In this document: positions 26,111 through 39,240 of the stretch, piece after piece
Numbering within the stretch: the first letter of the stretch is position 1
Layout: every line of letters starts with the position of its first letter
Assembly (NCBI GenBank): GCA_030295235.1
Contig: AP026172.1
Span: 806,001 to 870,000, forward strand
Length of the DNA: 64,000 nt
Direction: 5' to 3'
Source: Fistulifera solaris
Taxonomy: Eukaryota
Made by a program: the position numbers and the translations under genes
Notes under the pieces: generated by a model
Seen by the model: only the letters and a program-made list of their open reading frames with translations
Told to the model about the DNA's origin: nothing
The model's database searches: none

Positions 26111-27548
26111 TCAAAGCAAATGCCCACCAATGGGGATTGTGGCGTCGTACAAGATCCCCGAATTGCCACAAATTTTGACCGGAGGCGGAAGAATCGGTGT
26201 GCCATTGTCGTCTTGCGTGCAAGCAATGCCATCGGCCGGAGTCGTATCGATGCCACAATCCATTTCCGGATCACTCAACGTCGATGGATCTACACGCCAC
26301 AATCGAATGTAACCATCTTCACCCCACATCGGCGACCACGAATTCCGAATCAACCAATACTGTTCACCGGTCATGGGATCTTCTCCGTATCCTTCTAGTA
26401 CGACCAAATGATCTGGGCCGCACAATATTGGATGAGTGCATTGTGTAAAAAGAAATGAGACATTACATTCACATGAAAGACAAAGTAAAACAAAACACAA
26501 AAAAAAATCCATTTCCTTTGGCGGCCCACCCCAAAAAACACGTACCAATATTTGTCGCGCGTGTATTGTTGAGCGGCGCATAAAAGACCCCTCCCTGATA
26601 CAAATGCCACGGCAAACAAGCCACCGACACAGCGACGGGACCATGCTTGGCCACCGCATTCATCAATGCGACATAATCATTGGAAGGCAATGTCATGTAC
26701 CCTGCAATGCCGGCGACGGCACCGGTATAGTGCGTCGAAGCCGCGGTATCTCCCGTACTCAAGACACCCCCACGGAGTCCCATGCTACTACCATCTGGAG
26801 TCGTTTCGGACAAGGAACAATTGACGGCTTCCCCATGATACGATTGATACCCAAATTCCCATTCCTGTACCATCCCGTGTTGTGCTACATGTTGAAAGGC
26901 AAGTTCCGCTGTCGCTCCCGCACATCCACCCGTACCACCACAATGATATGGATTCGGGGCACACGATACCAATTCTTGAACCGACAAGGTCATTAACTTG
27001 TTGGTGTTTAAGGCGATATGACTTTCTAACACGGAAGTCGACGCAAACGCCCAACACGAACCACAGCGACCTTGATTTTTCACCGGAGTCGTGACACCAG
27101 CGGCCCGCCAATCGACGGCTTTGGGCAACAAGTGAACGGGTTCGACGGTAAATGGGAGATGTGCGTACAACAAGTCTGGCTTCTCATTCTCTTGCGAAAC
27201 GAATTCAATTGTAGCACTCGATAATCGCAAAGTCGATGATTGACTCTTGTCGTAACCACGAGGGAGTTCCTCCGCTTCGTGATCGGCCCACCAATTGACA
27301 CCGAGAAAATGACCCCTTTTATTGTATTGTTGATTTTGTTGATGAATCGTCTGTAGATTTTGTTCGAAAATGGCTTGACGCCGTTGATATTCGAATGGAT
27401 CTGGATACGATTTTTGATAGTGCGTCAAGAATTCCTCAAACGTCATCATGATGGTGTCTGTGGGATGTTCGCGGGCGGCAACGACCTGCAGCAAACTTGC
27501 GAGCACCGAAACGAGCAAATAATGACTCCTCCTCGTACAAAATCTCAT
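26111..27548 (-). CDS. Papain-family (C1A) cysteine protease with signal peptide and I29 prodomain; intron ~26412-26545
   Basis: [18 protein letters not shown] (catalytic Cys), [10 protein letters not shown] (His), YWLIRNSW (Asn), WGEDGY. Confidence 0.95.
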
Positions 27549-27998
27549 GGTGGAACAAAAGAGAGAGAGATTGAAATGAAAAAAGGAAGTAGAAACGATT
27601 GAAGATGTTATTAAGAAAGGAGGTTTGATGTCTGAAGTTTAATCCAAAAAGTGCAATAAGGCTAGAATATACTAGGCTTCGTACGTCCTATCGTCGAACA
27701 AATAAACGCGTTGTAGATATCTAAAGCAGTTCAATAGAAGTAGCTGGATGTTCTTTACCTATTATTTTAAAACACTGTGATACTTATGCAAGTTTTGTCA
27801 AACATCGACCTCGTTGAAAGATCTCCCACGGATCTCCAAATACGTAATAATATTCCGCAAAACGAAGACGGCAACTACTACTATAGTCTCAACCTGTAGA
27901 CTCCGTTGCGCATTTCTTTGTATTCTTCGCATCATTGCAGCAATGTAAATCCTAAAAAGCATTTTATTTCTTCTTCTATTGCAATTACCTTTCTTATT

Positions 27999-28325
27999 AT
28001 GAAATATACTTCATTACTTGTGGCTCTCGCCGCTTTGTGCGGCACGAATGCCTTTGTCGGATCTTTGCGAATCATCCCTGCGGTGCGAGAAGCGTCTTCT
28101 TCTCCTTTCTTAGTATCGCCATTACACAGCAACAACAATGCAGATGATGACTTGTTGTTTGATCCATTATTGAGTCCACATGCTTATCCCAACGGAGTTG
28201 ATGCGGGCCCTGTCACGGCTAAACCGCCGTCGAAAAATAGCAACAACGCACCGAACAAAAGAAAACCCTTTGGCTTTCGTACGAACGGACAAGATATCGA
28301 ACCCGCAAACAATTCACTCCATTTC

Positions 28326-28357
<32 letters not shown>

Positions 28358-28892
28358 CCCTTCAGCCTTCCAACCGAACGTCTTTGATCCTACCATTTCG
28401 CCGCATCGCTATCCGAATGGAACACCCAATCAAGTCGTCGATCTGTCGGTTCCCTCGGCGCCGCCAACCCACAGAATTGGAATTTTACTGATGGATCACG
28501 GATCCCGCAATCCCCAATCCAATCAACGCCTCCACGATTTGGCGCAATTGTACCAACGTCGGTTGGCAAGTACCACGACGATTGTTCGGGCGGCTCATAT
28601 GGAAATTGCGGAACCGTCCATTCCCCAAGTATTGCGGCAATTTGTCCTCGAAGATCAAGTCGATCAAATCATTTGTCATCCCTATTTTCTCAGTCCGGGA
28701 CGACATGTCACACAAGATATTCCACAAATTGTCCAACAAGCTGTTCAAGAATTACGTCAACAAGTCACCGATGAATTGCCTCCGATTGTCACGACGGACC
28801 CGGTTGGAGCGCAAACGGATGTCATGCTGGCGGCCATTCATAATTTGGTACAACAATCGGTGACGGTGCCATTGACACGACGATTAGAGTGA
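27999..28892 (+). CDS. Sirohydrochlorin chelatase (SirB/CbiX), plastid-targeted
   Basis: Signal peptide + NAF-V; LLMDHGSR, AHMEIAEPSI, HPYFLSPGRHVTQDIP. Confidence 0.9.
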
Positions 28893-28954
28893 ATACGATT
28901 TTTCGAATTGTCGATAAGGAGAAAATAATATGTAGACGTTTCCTTTTTATTGTA

Positions 28955-31900
28955 TTACTGTTTTACGGACAAGGGAGTGCGCAAGGTAGCCGCGTTCTTG
29001 GATTTCTTGGCTGGAGTACGCCACGCTCGTTTCTTGATAAACTGACGAGCATCGTATTCTATTTCTTGATAGAGCGACGGCTCATTCGCCAAAAATTCTT
29101 TCGTCTCGTCTTTGTTTTGACGGTACACGTCGACCAAGAAGGACATGAGATTCTTCAATAAGGGTGACTGACTCTTTTGCAAAAGAACCTTCAGCTGACA
29201 CAAAATCGGTAACAAGATTTCCAACAAGTGTTTTTGCTAATTTTCGAAAACAATGTAACCTTGGCCACTTGAATGGTTTTGCTTGCATTGGAAGTCACAT
29301 TCGGATCTTCAATGTCTTCTTCATCCGAATCCTTGTTGACTGACCGTCCCACTTTCATAGAAGGATCCGAGAGAATTGCCAAGGCGTCGCTTAGAACAGC
29401 CATGGCACTTTCGCGTGAATCGACGCCTTTCCTAGGAACTTCGTCATCATCGATGAAAGGATTTGTGCATACCTCATGCAGGTCATTTCCACCTTTTAGC
29501 GCACTGCCCAAGACTTCCTTCGTGATACGTGCAGTCAAGCCAAGCTTCTCTTCATCGCTCACGCGCGACAGTAGCAATTGATAAATTTGCATTCGTCGAG
29601 CACGCCCAACTTCGCCACTTAGATAGATACCCTCGAAGCCAATGAAAGCACCAGACCCTTGATCGTCGTTTGCTGTCGCCGCCAAGTAAATTGGATGTGC
29701 GGTGCAACGATTCAGAACAAAAATAGCTTCAACAAAGTTGTTGGAAAATAGCCTTGGCTGTTTGGTGATGAGAGGACCGCATAGCAACATTTCCGCAAGA
29801 TTCGCAACTTCCTCATCTTCGTCGACTGTTGCAACCAAAAACCGATAAAACAAGAGCCCGCGCCACTTGATGTAATCTTGCAACAACAAGCTAGCCAAAA
29901 CAGTGACAGCATGCTTTCGAACTATGGCAGAGTCTGGTTCGACGGCTACATTCAAAACAGATCCAGAAAGGTCTTTTCAACCCCGCTTGCATACAAGCGG
30001 CCATCACTGGGAGGTAGCGATCCACCATGCTTGTGTATTGTACACACAAGTCACTTAGAACTAGCAGCGCATTTGATTGAACTCGCCAGGATCCTTGCTG
30101 CATATTTTCATGAAGTTCACGTGCCAATATATTCAAGGACTGTTTGCATAACGTTTCGTCGCGAAGGCAAATCTTACCAACCGCTAAATATGCATGAGCG
30201 CGGAGTGACTCTGGGGTCGGTACTCCGCTTGTGCCTGCGACGTGATGAGGCAAGAATGCCTGAATCAACCGAGCTAGTGTGGGACCTGGACTGACATGGA
30301 GTCCTCGCACCGGATCCTCTTCGGTAGAAGATTGTTTTGGTGCGTGATTCTCGACAAGACTCTCCCTTTTGTCGTCACTCGGATGAAAGCCGACCAAGGA
30401 TAGATCCCCGACAGAGAATATAGCTCTTCCGAGTTTTGCAGCATTATAATCCAGATCACTTGTGCTTGCCAACTGCGAAGAAATCAAATCCTCGCAAGCA
30501 GAATACATTTTCTCAATCGTTGTCTTGCAACGCCCGATAGCATCAACTGAATTATCCGTGCAAGCTGAAGTTGTTGCCACCAAAGCGGTAATTGCATCAC
30601 CGATCACTTCGGTTGTCAGAGAAAAGCTATGAATCCGATGATACAGCTTTTTAGCGGCATCCTGAGCGGATTCTTTTCCGAGTAGAGTCACTACTTTGGA
30701 CAAAACCTTTAACGCATACTTGGCTGCCTTGTGTAAGTTAAAGACAGACTTTCCACTTGCGTCATCGCTTAATTGACACAGATGTTCCCAGGAAGACCCC
30801 AAGAAATCAAGATCAAATCCGTTTCGTTTGGATAGCTGGACGAATTCTTTGGGTTTGGAGAACGACGACACGAGAGCATCGAGAAGACACCACGCTCCGG
30901 TTCGATGATTTTCGATGACCGCATGAGAGAAGAAGTCAATGCTAGGACATTGAATAGTACTCGCGCATTTTGATACGACTTCTTTTACAATCTGTCGCTT
31001 GGTTGTCGCAGATGCATCCGAAGATGTCACAGTATTTGCTACAAATGTTCTGAGAGCTTGCGATTGACTCCTTGCGCGCCCCGAACTCGATGACCCTTCT
31101 TGAATACTGGCGAGAATCCTCCATGCACTTTCTGCGCGGAAATCATCGCTCTCGTCCATGATAGGAGCAAGAACAATCCTATTTATCAGTTCGAGTGCTT
31201 TCGCAGCACATGACGGCTCGCTATCCAAAACCATTACCAAGACGGAGGAAGACCAAGCCGTTTCCAGGTCGTACAAGAAATTGACGTTCTTCTTCGAAAT
31301 GGCGCCACGAAGAAGGTTTGTGAGTGCTTCAGCAGACACTTTTCGAACCATCACCGACTCATCGTTGCACAGTTTATTAAACAAGTCCACGTCTGCCCCG
31401 GAAGGCTCAAGGATGTTATTATCGTCGGCGTGACAGATCATTAACAGTCCCGACAGAGCTTCTACAGCCGATCGACGCACCGTGGCTTTGTCGTCATTTG
31501 CACGTTTCCTTAATGTTTGCGCCAAGGAATGACCTTCCAAACTGAGAAAGTCCGCAAAACTCGTTTTTAACGCTTCATCGCAAGTAGATTCTTGCAAAGA
31601 ATCAAAAATCTTGGCAAAGCACGATGCGCTGGTCATTCGAATAGTTGGTATACGATCTTGCAAGCGGCCCACCAACACTCCGAATAAAGCTTCCGTCATG
31701 TTGTCGCGACTACGACAGAGAAGAGGCGACAGTGATTTTCTTCTATCAACAGATGCTGCAGGAGATGGCGAGGTAACACCATTCCTCTCCGCGTGCTCTT
31801 TCCACAGCCACGATTCGACGAGAATGTCGCCGGTCAGTTGACAACCCACAAGACGGTGCAATGATACTTTCGAGTGACACAACTGAATCACAAACGAAAG

Positions 31901-33268
31901 AAAACGTTCTCGTTCAGCCGGTTGTAAATGCGCTAAGGTGCGTAACACTGTTTCCAGAGCAAATCGACGAATGTTTGTTTTCTCCAACTCTCGATCGGTA
32001 GTGATCTTTTGAAGAGTACCCACAATAGCTGCATGCATCGAATCAATTTTTCTCATCGAATCATACGAATATCGTGATGCTTTAATGGTAGATTTCAATT
32101 TGGCCGGAGTGATTCTCGCTGAGCTTCCGATCGAACTTCGATTCGAGGGTGTCAACGAAATCTTGGGCGGAGCAACATCCGATCGTCTGGTACGTGAACC
32201 TTCAAGAGAAAGTCGACCTGTACTTGGACCAGCAGCACACAAGTTCTTCACAAACAACTCAAAGGCGTAGGAAGATGCCTGGCATGCCGCCTGCTTACCT
32301 TGCTCTCCATTCGGAACAACGTCCTTGAACACAATCGATGGATAGGTCGTTCGTAGAATGGCGAGCAACGTTTCTCGACGTTTCGTGGCCTTATTCAAGT
32401 CTCTTTCCATCAAGAGACCGTCATCGTCTTCTTCGTCATAATCATTGGTAGTTTCCAAGACAAGACACTGACGAATCGATTCCGTCGCGGCGGTAATGAC
32501 TTGACGACAAAGAGTTTCCTCACGGAGGGTGATTTTGACGGAACTGATCGCTTCACTCGTTGCCATCCCCGTCACGACCGCATCCACAATTGAATCACGT
32601 GCTTCCGAGGACCAAGTGAGAAATTCTCGATTCAATAAACATCCGGAGAGAGGTACCAGAACTTCCAAACCGAATGTCACTAGTTGATGTTCCGGTACCG
32701 GCGAGAGGAACGAGTCATCCGTCACTTCTTCTTCTACCATACTTTCATCACTATCGTCTTCGTTAGGATCACAGCGTTCTTGTTTCCACGCCGCCCTTTC
32801 TCGTCCGATGCATTCTTCGCGCCAGCGACGCAACAAAGCCGCCAACGCACTCGTCGCTGGAGCTTCCACAAGACCTACGCCCAAGGCACCTGGCAACGCC
32901 AACAACTGCGCATACATTCGTGCACTCAGCAAACTGACTGTCGTCAACGTCAATGCTGGACTGTGTGCAATACTGAGAGCGTGTTCGTTCGCTTCTTCAT
33001 CGTACGTCCCCGGCAATACGGTTTCTGTCGGTACGCGCGTCGAAAGGAGGGATTCGAGGACGCGAATGAGACTGGACAGATCGGTTGATTCCGGCAGAAT
33101 GTTGCGGACTGTAACGTTTCGGTGTAACATGCATTCCTCCTCTTCGTCTCTGTAGCATTCACGATCCAAGCAATGAATCACTACCCGCAACGATCTTTCG
33201 ATTTGTGACGATACAGTGTTCTCGCTCGTCAGCAATTCATGGAGCGCCGTTTCCAAGCTGGATGTCAT
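28955..33268 (-). CDS. NCAPD3: Condensin II HEAT subunit CAP-D3 (frameshifts near 29960 and 29230)
   Basis: Long HEAT-repeat ORF with DDKATVRRSAVEAL, RAHAYLAVGKICLRDE, SNALLVLSDLCVQYTSMVDRY, LLLQDYIKWRG, ILLPILCQLK.LLQKSQSPLLKNLM. Confidence 0.9.
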
Positions 33269-33955
33269 TTCCGTGCAGTATTTTTGTTATAAATGTCTTT
33301 GTTCTTATTGTTTCGTGAAATAATGGAGTGTTGACGACACCAACGACTGTTTCGTTTATTATGATGGACAGCAGTGGATTTGCCGCTTGGCCGTGATCAT
33401 TATTCAAATATATCCGTTGAACGCGCGTCACCAAGGTTTCTCTAAGTAATGATACCGGGAACGTTGGTCACACATGTAGTAATCCGCATATCTACAGATC
33501 TGAATGCGAGTACTCAGATTCGTCGGTACGGTACTCGACCGACATTTTTCCCAGGCCTGTTTCTGTGACGTGTGACGTGTGACCCAGTTCGACTGCTGTC
33601 TTGCAAAGTATTGCGCGTCTGGCATTGCGACGATAAAGACGAATGACGAATGACGAATGAATCATCATCATCTCGTACAAAACACAGAAGACTCAATTTT
33701 TAGTGTCCATCGCCAGTCGCCAGTAACGGACCTTTTTTTGCAACCACGTCTTCGTTTTTGCGCGCAACGCACATGAAAATGCACCATTCTCCAGTCACGC
33801 CAAACATTCATACGACTTATTTTCACAATTATGACGACATAAAAACATCACATCCACCAACACGACAACTCTCTCGACTTCATTGTCATAATAATCCATT
33901 TACTTCATAGAAACAACTACAATTAGACAAATAAATAGATTAATAATACACATAA

Positions 33956-36185
33956 ATGGCCGTCAGTATGGATCCCGGAGTCGACAGCGAAGAGGAATAC
34001 GAAGATGATTTGTATCATCATGCTCCTTTCGACTCGAACCCGGACGATATTTTGAGAGAACTCTTTTGCACGTCGTACGTCGTCACGAAAGTGATAGCAG
34101 TAGCAGTGATGATGATGACGATGATGATGATGCGGATACTACTAACCGCAGTCATTTGAGAATTCAACATGTCGTGCATTGTTTGGAACAAGAAGGCATT
34201 TGGTTCTGGCGTGACGAACGTTTTGTCGAATCGCAAAATGTCGCGTTGCGATTCGCTCAGACGCAACGCAAACCGTATACGCATCAAATTTCCTCCGAAT
34301 CCCAAACCAAGGCTATGCAAGTGCCTTTGAATTTCTACATCTTTCAAGAATTCGTTAAACCGTGTGCTCGTTGGTTTTTAAAAGCCTTTTCACAAGAACT
34401 GGTGATTCCAAATTGGAAGACCTTTGTCACCGACATGAAGTATCATTTTCAACAAGTCGAACCTCTGCAAGATGGTGAAAATGCGTCTTATATTCCCATT
34501 TTAAAATCAGCCGATTCCGAAAAATGGGCCTTGTCGATTTGTTCGATTGATGGACAGCGGGTCTCGTTGGGCCACGATCAGGCCTATTTGTTTCCGCATA
34601 CACTGCAGTCCGTCTCCAAGCCAGTCACGTACGCCATGGCATTGCATCGAGAAGGCGAAGCCTTCATGGAAGAATGGATTGATGTAGAACCGGCGGGTCG
34701 TCCGTTCAATACACAGGATTTGGATCCAGAAACACAACGACCCTTCAATGCTTCCATCAATTCGGGGGCAATCATGGCGGCGGGCATCTTGGCCAGTGGA
34801 TTTTCTCCGGCAGCGAATTGGAAAGACATTGTTGACAATGTCCGTAAAACTTGGTACGAACTGTGTGGGAATGATCTCGATATTGGATTTTCGGACATTA
34901 CGTTCGAATCGGAAAAGGAAACGGCCTACAACAACTTTGCCATTGCTTACAATCTCAAAGGCCGCAAAGGATTACCACGCAATGTCGACTTGCACACTAT
35001 GCTCGATGTTTATCTGGGTTGTTGCTCGATTGAAATTACGACGGAAGCGCTTTCCGTCGCCGCAGCTACCTTGGCGAATGGTGGGATTTGTCCCATTACC
35101 GGCAAAGAAGTCTTTCCTGCATCCGTCGTCCGCACGGTCTTGTCCGAAATCATGATGTGCGGCATGTACAATCAAGCGGGACATTTTGCCGTCGAAGTGG
35201 GTTTACCGGCCAAGTCGGGTGTCAGTGGGGCACTCATGGTGATTGTCCCGAATGTGTTTGGCTTTGCGACCTTTTCCCCGCGTCTCAACACGAAAGGAAA
35301 CTCGGTGCGCGGTGTCGCTTTTTGTCGACGATTGGTCGATAGTTATCGTGTACATGTCTTTGAAACACTCCGCAGTGGTAATACGGGTGCCAAAATTGAT
35401 CCCCGCCGCAACGGATGGAAAGAAGAACGCAAGCACATTTCTCGCATGGCGTGGGCGGTCCAGGTCGGTGATGTCCATGCCCTTCGTATCAGGGACATTT
35501 TCTTGTTTGCCTTGTGCCAGACCGCTATTGCTTCGCCGGAGGGTCTTTCGGAACGAATGCTGGATTTGATTCGTGCCAGCTACCAGGATATTTACCAAAG
35601 TCCCGTCGACGAATCGCTGTTTTCGGATATTCAGGAAGCGGTCAAGCAGAATCCGAAAGAGCTGCACTTTTGGATCAATTGACCAAGGATACGCGAATTC
35701 AGGACTCCATGAGAACTTTGATTGTCATGGCGATGTTTGACATTATCATGGTCGATGGCTATGCTACCGAGGAAGAACAGAATGTGGCGATTCAAGTGGC
35801 GACGCTATTGGGCGTCAGCGAGAAAATTGCTCGAATGGAATTGAATCGTTACAAGCAGAAAAACAAGCATCGGTCTCGTGATATGGTTTATTGTGATATG
35901 ATTGAAAGTTACGATGTGGATGTATCACGTCATCGGCAGAACAATCCTTTCATCGCCGAGCTCTATGCCACATCGGCGAGTCCGTCCCGGAACCAATCCT
36001 TTGCGACTCTTCGTGAAGAACTGTTGAAACAGAAACGTGTTCCGGACAAACTTCCATCCCGGGAGAATCTGGCACAGCAAGAGGAGATTGTTGCCCTACG
36101 AAAAGAAGTGCTTCGTCTTCGTCAAAAGCTCACCAATTTGACACTTATCTTGAACGACCGTATGAGCGCCGTTGACATCGATTGA
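33956..36185 (+). CDS. Glutaminase with C-terminal TerB-like helical domain and coiled coil (frameshifts near 34070 and 35670)
   Basis: ASYIPIL, catalytic LQSVSKP, VEPAGRPFN, PFNASINSGAI, CGMYN.AG.FA.EVGLPAKSGVSG, FSPRLN.KGNSVRG. Confidence 0.93.
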
Positions 36186-36326
36186 TTGTTGGAGAAGAGA
36201 GATCCAATCAGAGATCTGGTTTAAATATTACAACATTAGATAGAAGAACACTTCCTTGTAGAATAAATGAATAGACATCAACATAAAAAAACAGAACCTA
36301 CTTTACACATTCCTTCTCACTGTATG

Positions 36327-38206
36327 CTAGCAACTATTCAAGGTCTCATTTCGGTACACCTTTATGATATCCTCCAGTTTGCTAGCTATCAACTCGGCAA
36401 ACAAGCTATTTGACAACACCAAGGAAATTTTCGACAACGAAGCAGGGTCGTTGGAAAGGACACTTTCATCCATGAGATCGTTGGCAGCCGTTCTAGCCAA
36501 TGTGCTGAGAGCTTGTCGCAACTCGGCATCACTTTCTGCCGTCATGGCACGCATAATGACCGCCCAGTGCGAAATCGACGATTCAGCAGTATGCGGCGAG
36601 CCAATCCATTCATTGATGCAACCGTCAGGGCCTTCACTGGAATGAAAATTCGGATTGTTTTTGACAAGATGAATTTGCGGGTATTCTTCTGAATCAACTG
36701 ATCGGAGTCTTGTTGAGGACTGAAGTATTCCATATAGTCTAGGGAGAGTAATGAAGGCACAATGGCTTCGTCCATGATCTTGCTTCCTCCGCATGCATCA
36801 ACTTCGTATGCGTATAATTTGCCATAGACTTCGTGTTCTATGACGCCGTGCGTGTGTATTCCCTTGTCGATCGAGTCGGCTAGCTCTTCGCATTGCTGAG
36901 CTCGGATATCGTCTTTCATAGAACGGAAAATCTCGGTTGTTTGGCGCAATGATACCACCATCATCTGATTCACTGGAATCAGGTAACCGAGCTCGGTCGG
37001 ATCGCCCGAGGGACGAAACCCAGTCCATACAAGTCCATCACCTTGACAAACCGGTTGACCCTTCTCGTCGCCTTTCAACTCCGGATGTCGATAAGGTGAC
37101 TCGGCATGATTTTGTTCCCGCATTATTGTTTGCAAAATCAAATCCACTCCCCGAATCCAATTCGAATCTAAAGCCAACATCGGTCGATTGTTCTGTTGAT
37201 AAAACTGGAATAGCTTGTACGATAACCGCAGATGATATGCCAGGTTATCCAGCTCAAAATTGTGCTTTGCAACATGAATGGTTTGTCCGTATGCATAATC
37301 CGAATCTGTCAGTTTTCGTCTTCCGGTGAAGTCATGATCCAAAAACAGACGAAATGACGCAGCGTACGGATCAGCTTGTAGAAATAAGGATTGTCGTCGC
37401 AACAATCCCTCCACCAAACGTAGCAAATAATGAGATTGCGACAAGAGGGGCATGTACGGATGGACTTGTGCCGATGAATCTCGTAACCCCATAAGTGCTG
37501 TGTCGCCGGTAGTGACAAAAGTTGTCCCATCCGACAAGGGAAATGTCGTTTGCTCGAGCGCAAAGGCGTACGTATTGTCAAAAATGTCCGCTAATGTGCC
37601 GAGACCGGCTTGCCGAAGTCGTTTGGAGACACGCTTCTGGTACTGTCGCACAGGATCTGGAACAAATACATTCCCTACTCGAATTCCGATCTGTTTCATT
37701 TGTTTTGTAAAGTTTTGATGATAAAGTTGCACGTCTGACAGTAATTGAAAGTCTTTTACTTGCGTTTCTGCCGATTCGATTACAATTTCGTAATAAGATT
37801 CATACAAGGGATCGTGATTGACTTCCCAGAAAATCCCATTGGATTGATAACGATATTGATGTTCTGTTGCAACGTCAGTAGGTAATCCGAAGAGAAACGA
37901 AGGTTTCTGATCTGTCCGCGCGGCATATCCCAAAGGCGTCGTCTTGAGAATTTTACTTGCGTTTTTCACTACGACTCCTACTACTTTCTGCTTCTTCTTC
38001 TTCTGCTTGGCACGTAGCTGCAGTCTCTCGGATAGTGCAATACGGCTATGCTCCAGATGGGCCGCATTATCATGCACGACCCGCATCAACACGATGAAAA
38101 GGAACATCCAAAACACGAGAAATCCTCCACAAGCAATTAAGGCCAACGTCATGCAGCCCGAACGATCGCGACGCTTCCGCTCCTGGTTTCTCCAAAGCCT
38201 TTTCAT
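36327..38206 (-). CDS. GH125 alpha-mannosidase-like paralogue with altered active-site motifs (frameshift near 36660)
   Basis: Collinear with the 39241-41133 gene and ends in the same YRNETLNSC*, but several family motifs are substituted. Confidence 0.82.
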
Positions 38207-39240
38207 GTTTTGTGGCTGAATCGCTGTCGAACACGAAGGGTAATGCTCCTTTTCTCTTGTGTTACCAAGGAAAAAGGAAAACAGAGGTGTTTCACTTTTT
38301 CGTAGTTCATGAATGCGTCAGTTCTTGGTGTAGGGATAAAAAGTATTCTTGAGCGTCTAGTTGGTCTAAGAGGTTGTCTTATACTCCGTGAACCGCGAAC
38401 CGCACATGGCGTAGCTATCCAGATATCCTGTTGCTCTCTAAAGCATCATGTATCTAATTAAAAATTTACTTAAAAATTTCAAACGCGCTTGGTCACAGGG
38501 GCTGTTTTCCTCCTCCTCCTACCTCCTAGTCATTCGGTGTGCGACCGTAGCGGTGGCCGAACACATCGTGATTATTTTAGCTAAAAGACAGATCCTTTTG
38601 TTGCTCGATCTGCTTTCAAGCTTGCTAGATCTAACTGGGAATTTCTCGTACTTATGCCCTATCCTATGACAGAACCAAAACGACCCATTGCTACCTTTAC
38701 CTAGTTCACACGAGTTGTTCAGGTCCCTTGGGCAGAACATACTCACGACTGCATTTCAGTCACCTTCCGATCTCCGATAGCATGTAGCTGCCTAAAATTT
38801 TTTGGTTGTTCACCTAGCATATTAGTTTACACTTACACTAGTTCACTAATCTAGCGGCATCTGCATGCGAGCGTCAACTCTTTATGTCAAAAGTCCGTGC
38901 GAACGATAATTGTTTCCGTTTTTATCATTAACCCAGAATGTGTTCGACTTTTTGCCGCGGTTGCATAACAGTCACGATCCCACAAGGTATGTATTTTACG
39001 TAAAAAGTGGGACTTGATTTACGTTCCTGAATAAATAAGGAACGCTTGGATGCTTGACATTTGTCAATATTTGAAACATTCTATTTGAGCTGTGAACGGA
39101 CGACATATGATTCCATTTGATAGCAGTAACATCAAATGGTGGATATCAGGCAGGAAGCAGAGCCATCAACCAGCAATCACTCCGTTCGAGTCAAATATAC
39201 GGATTATTTCACGCCTTCACGCCTTAAATCTCTGTCCTCA

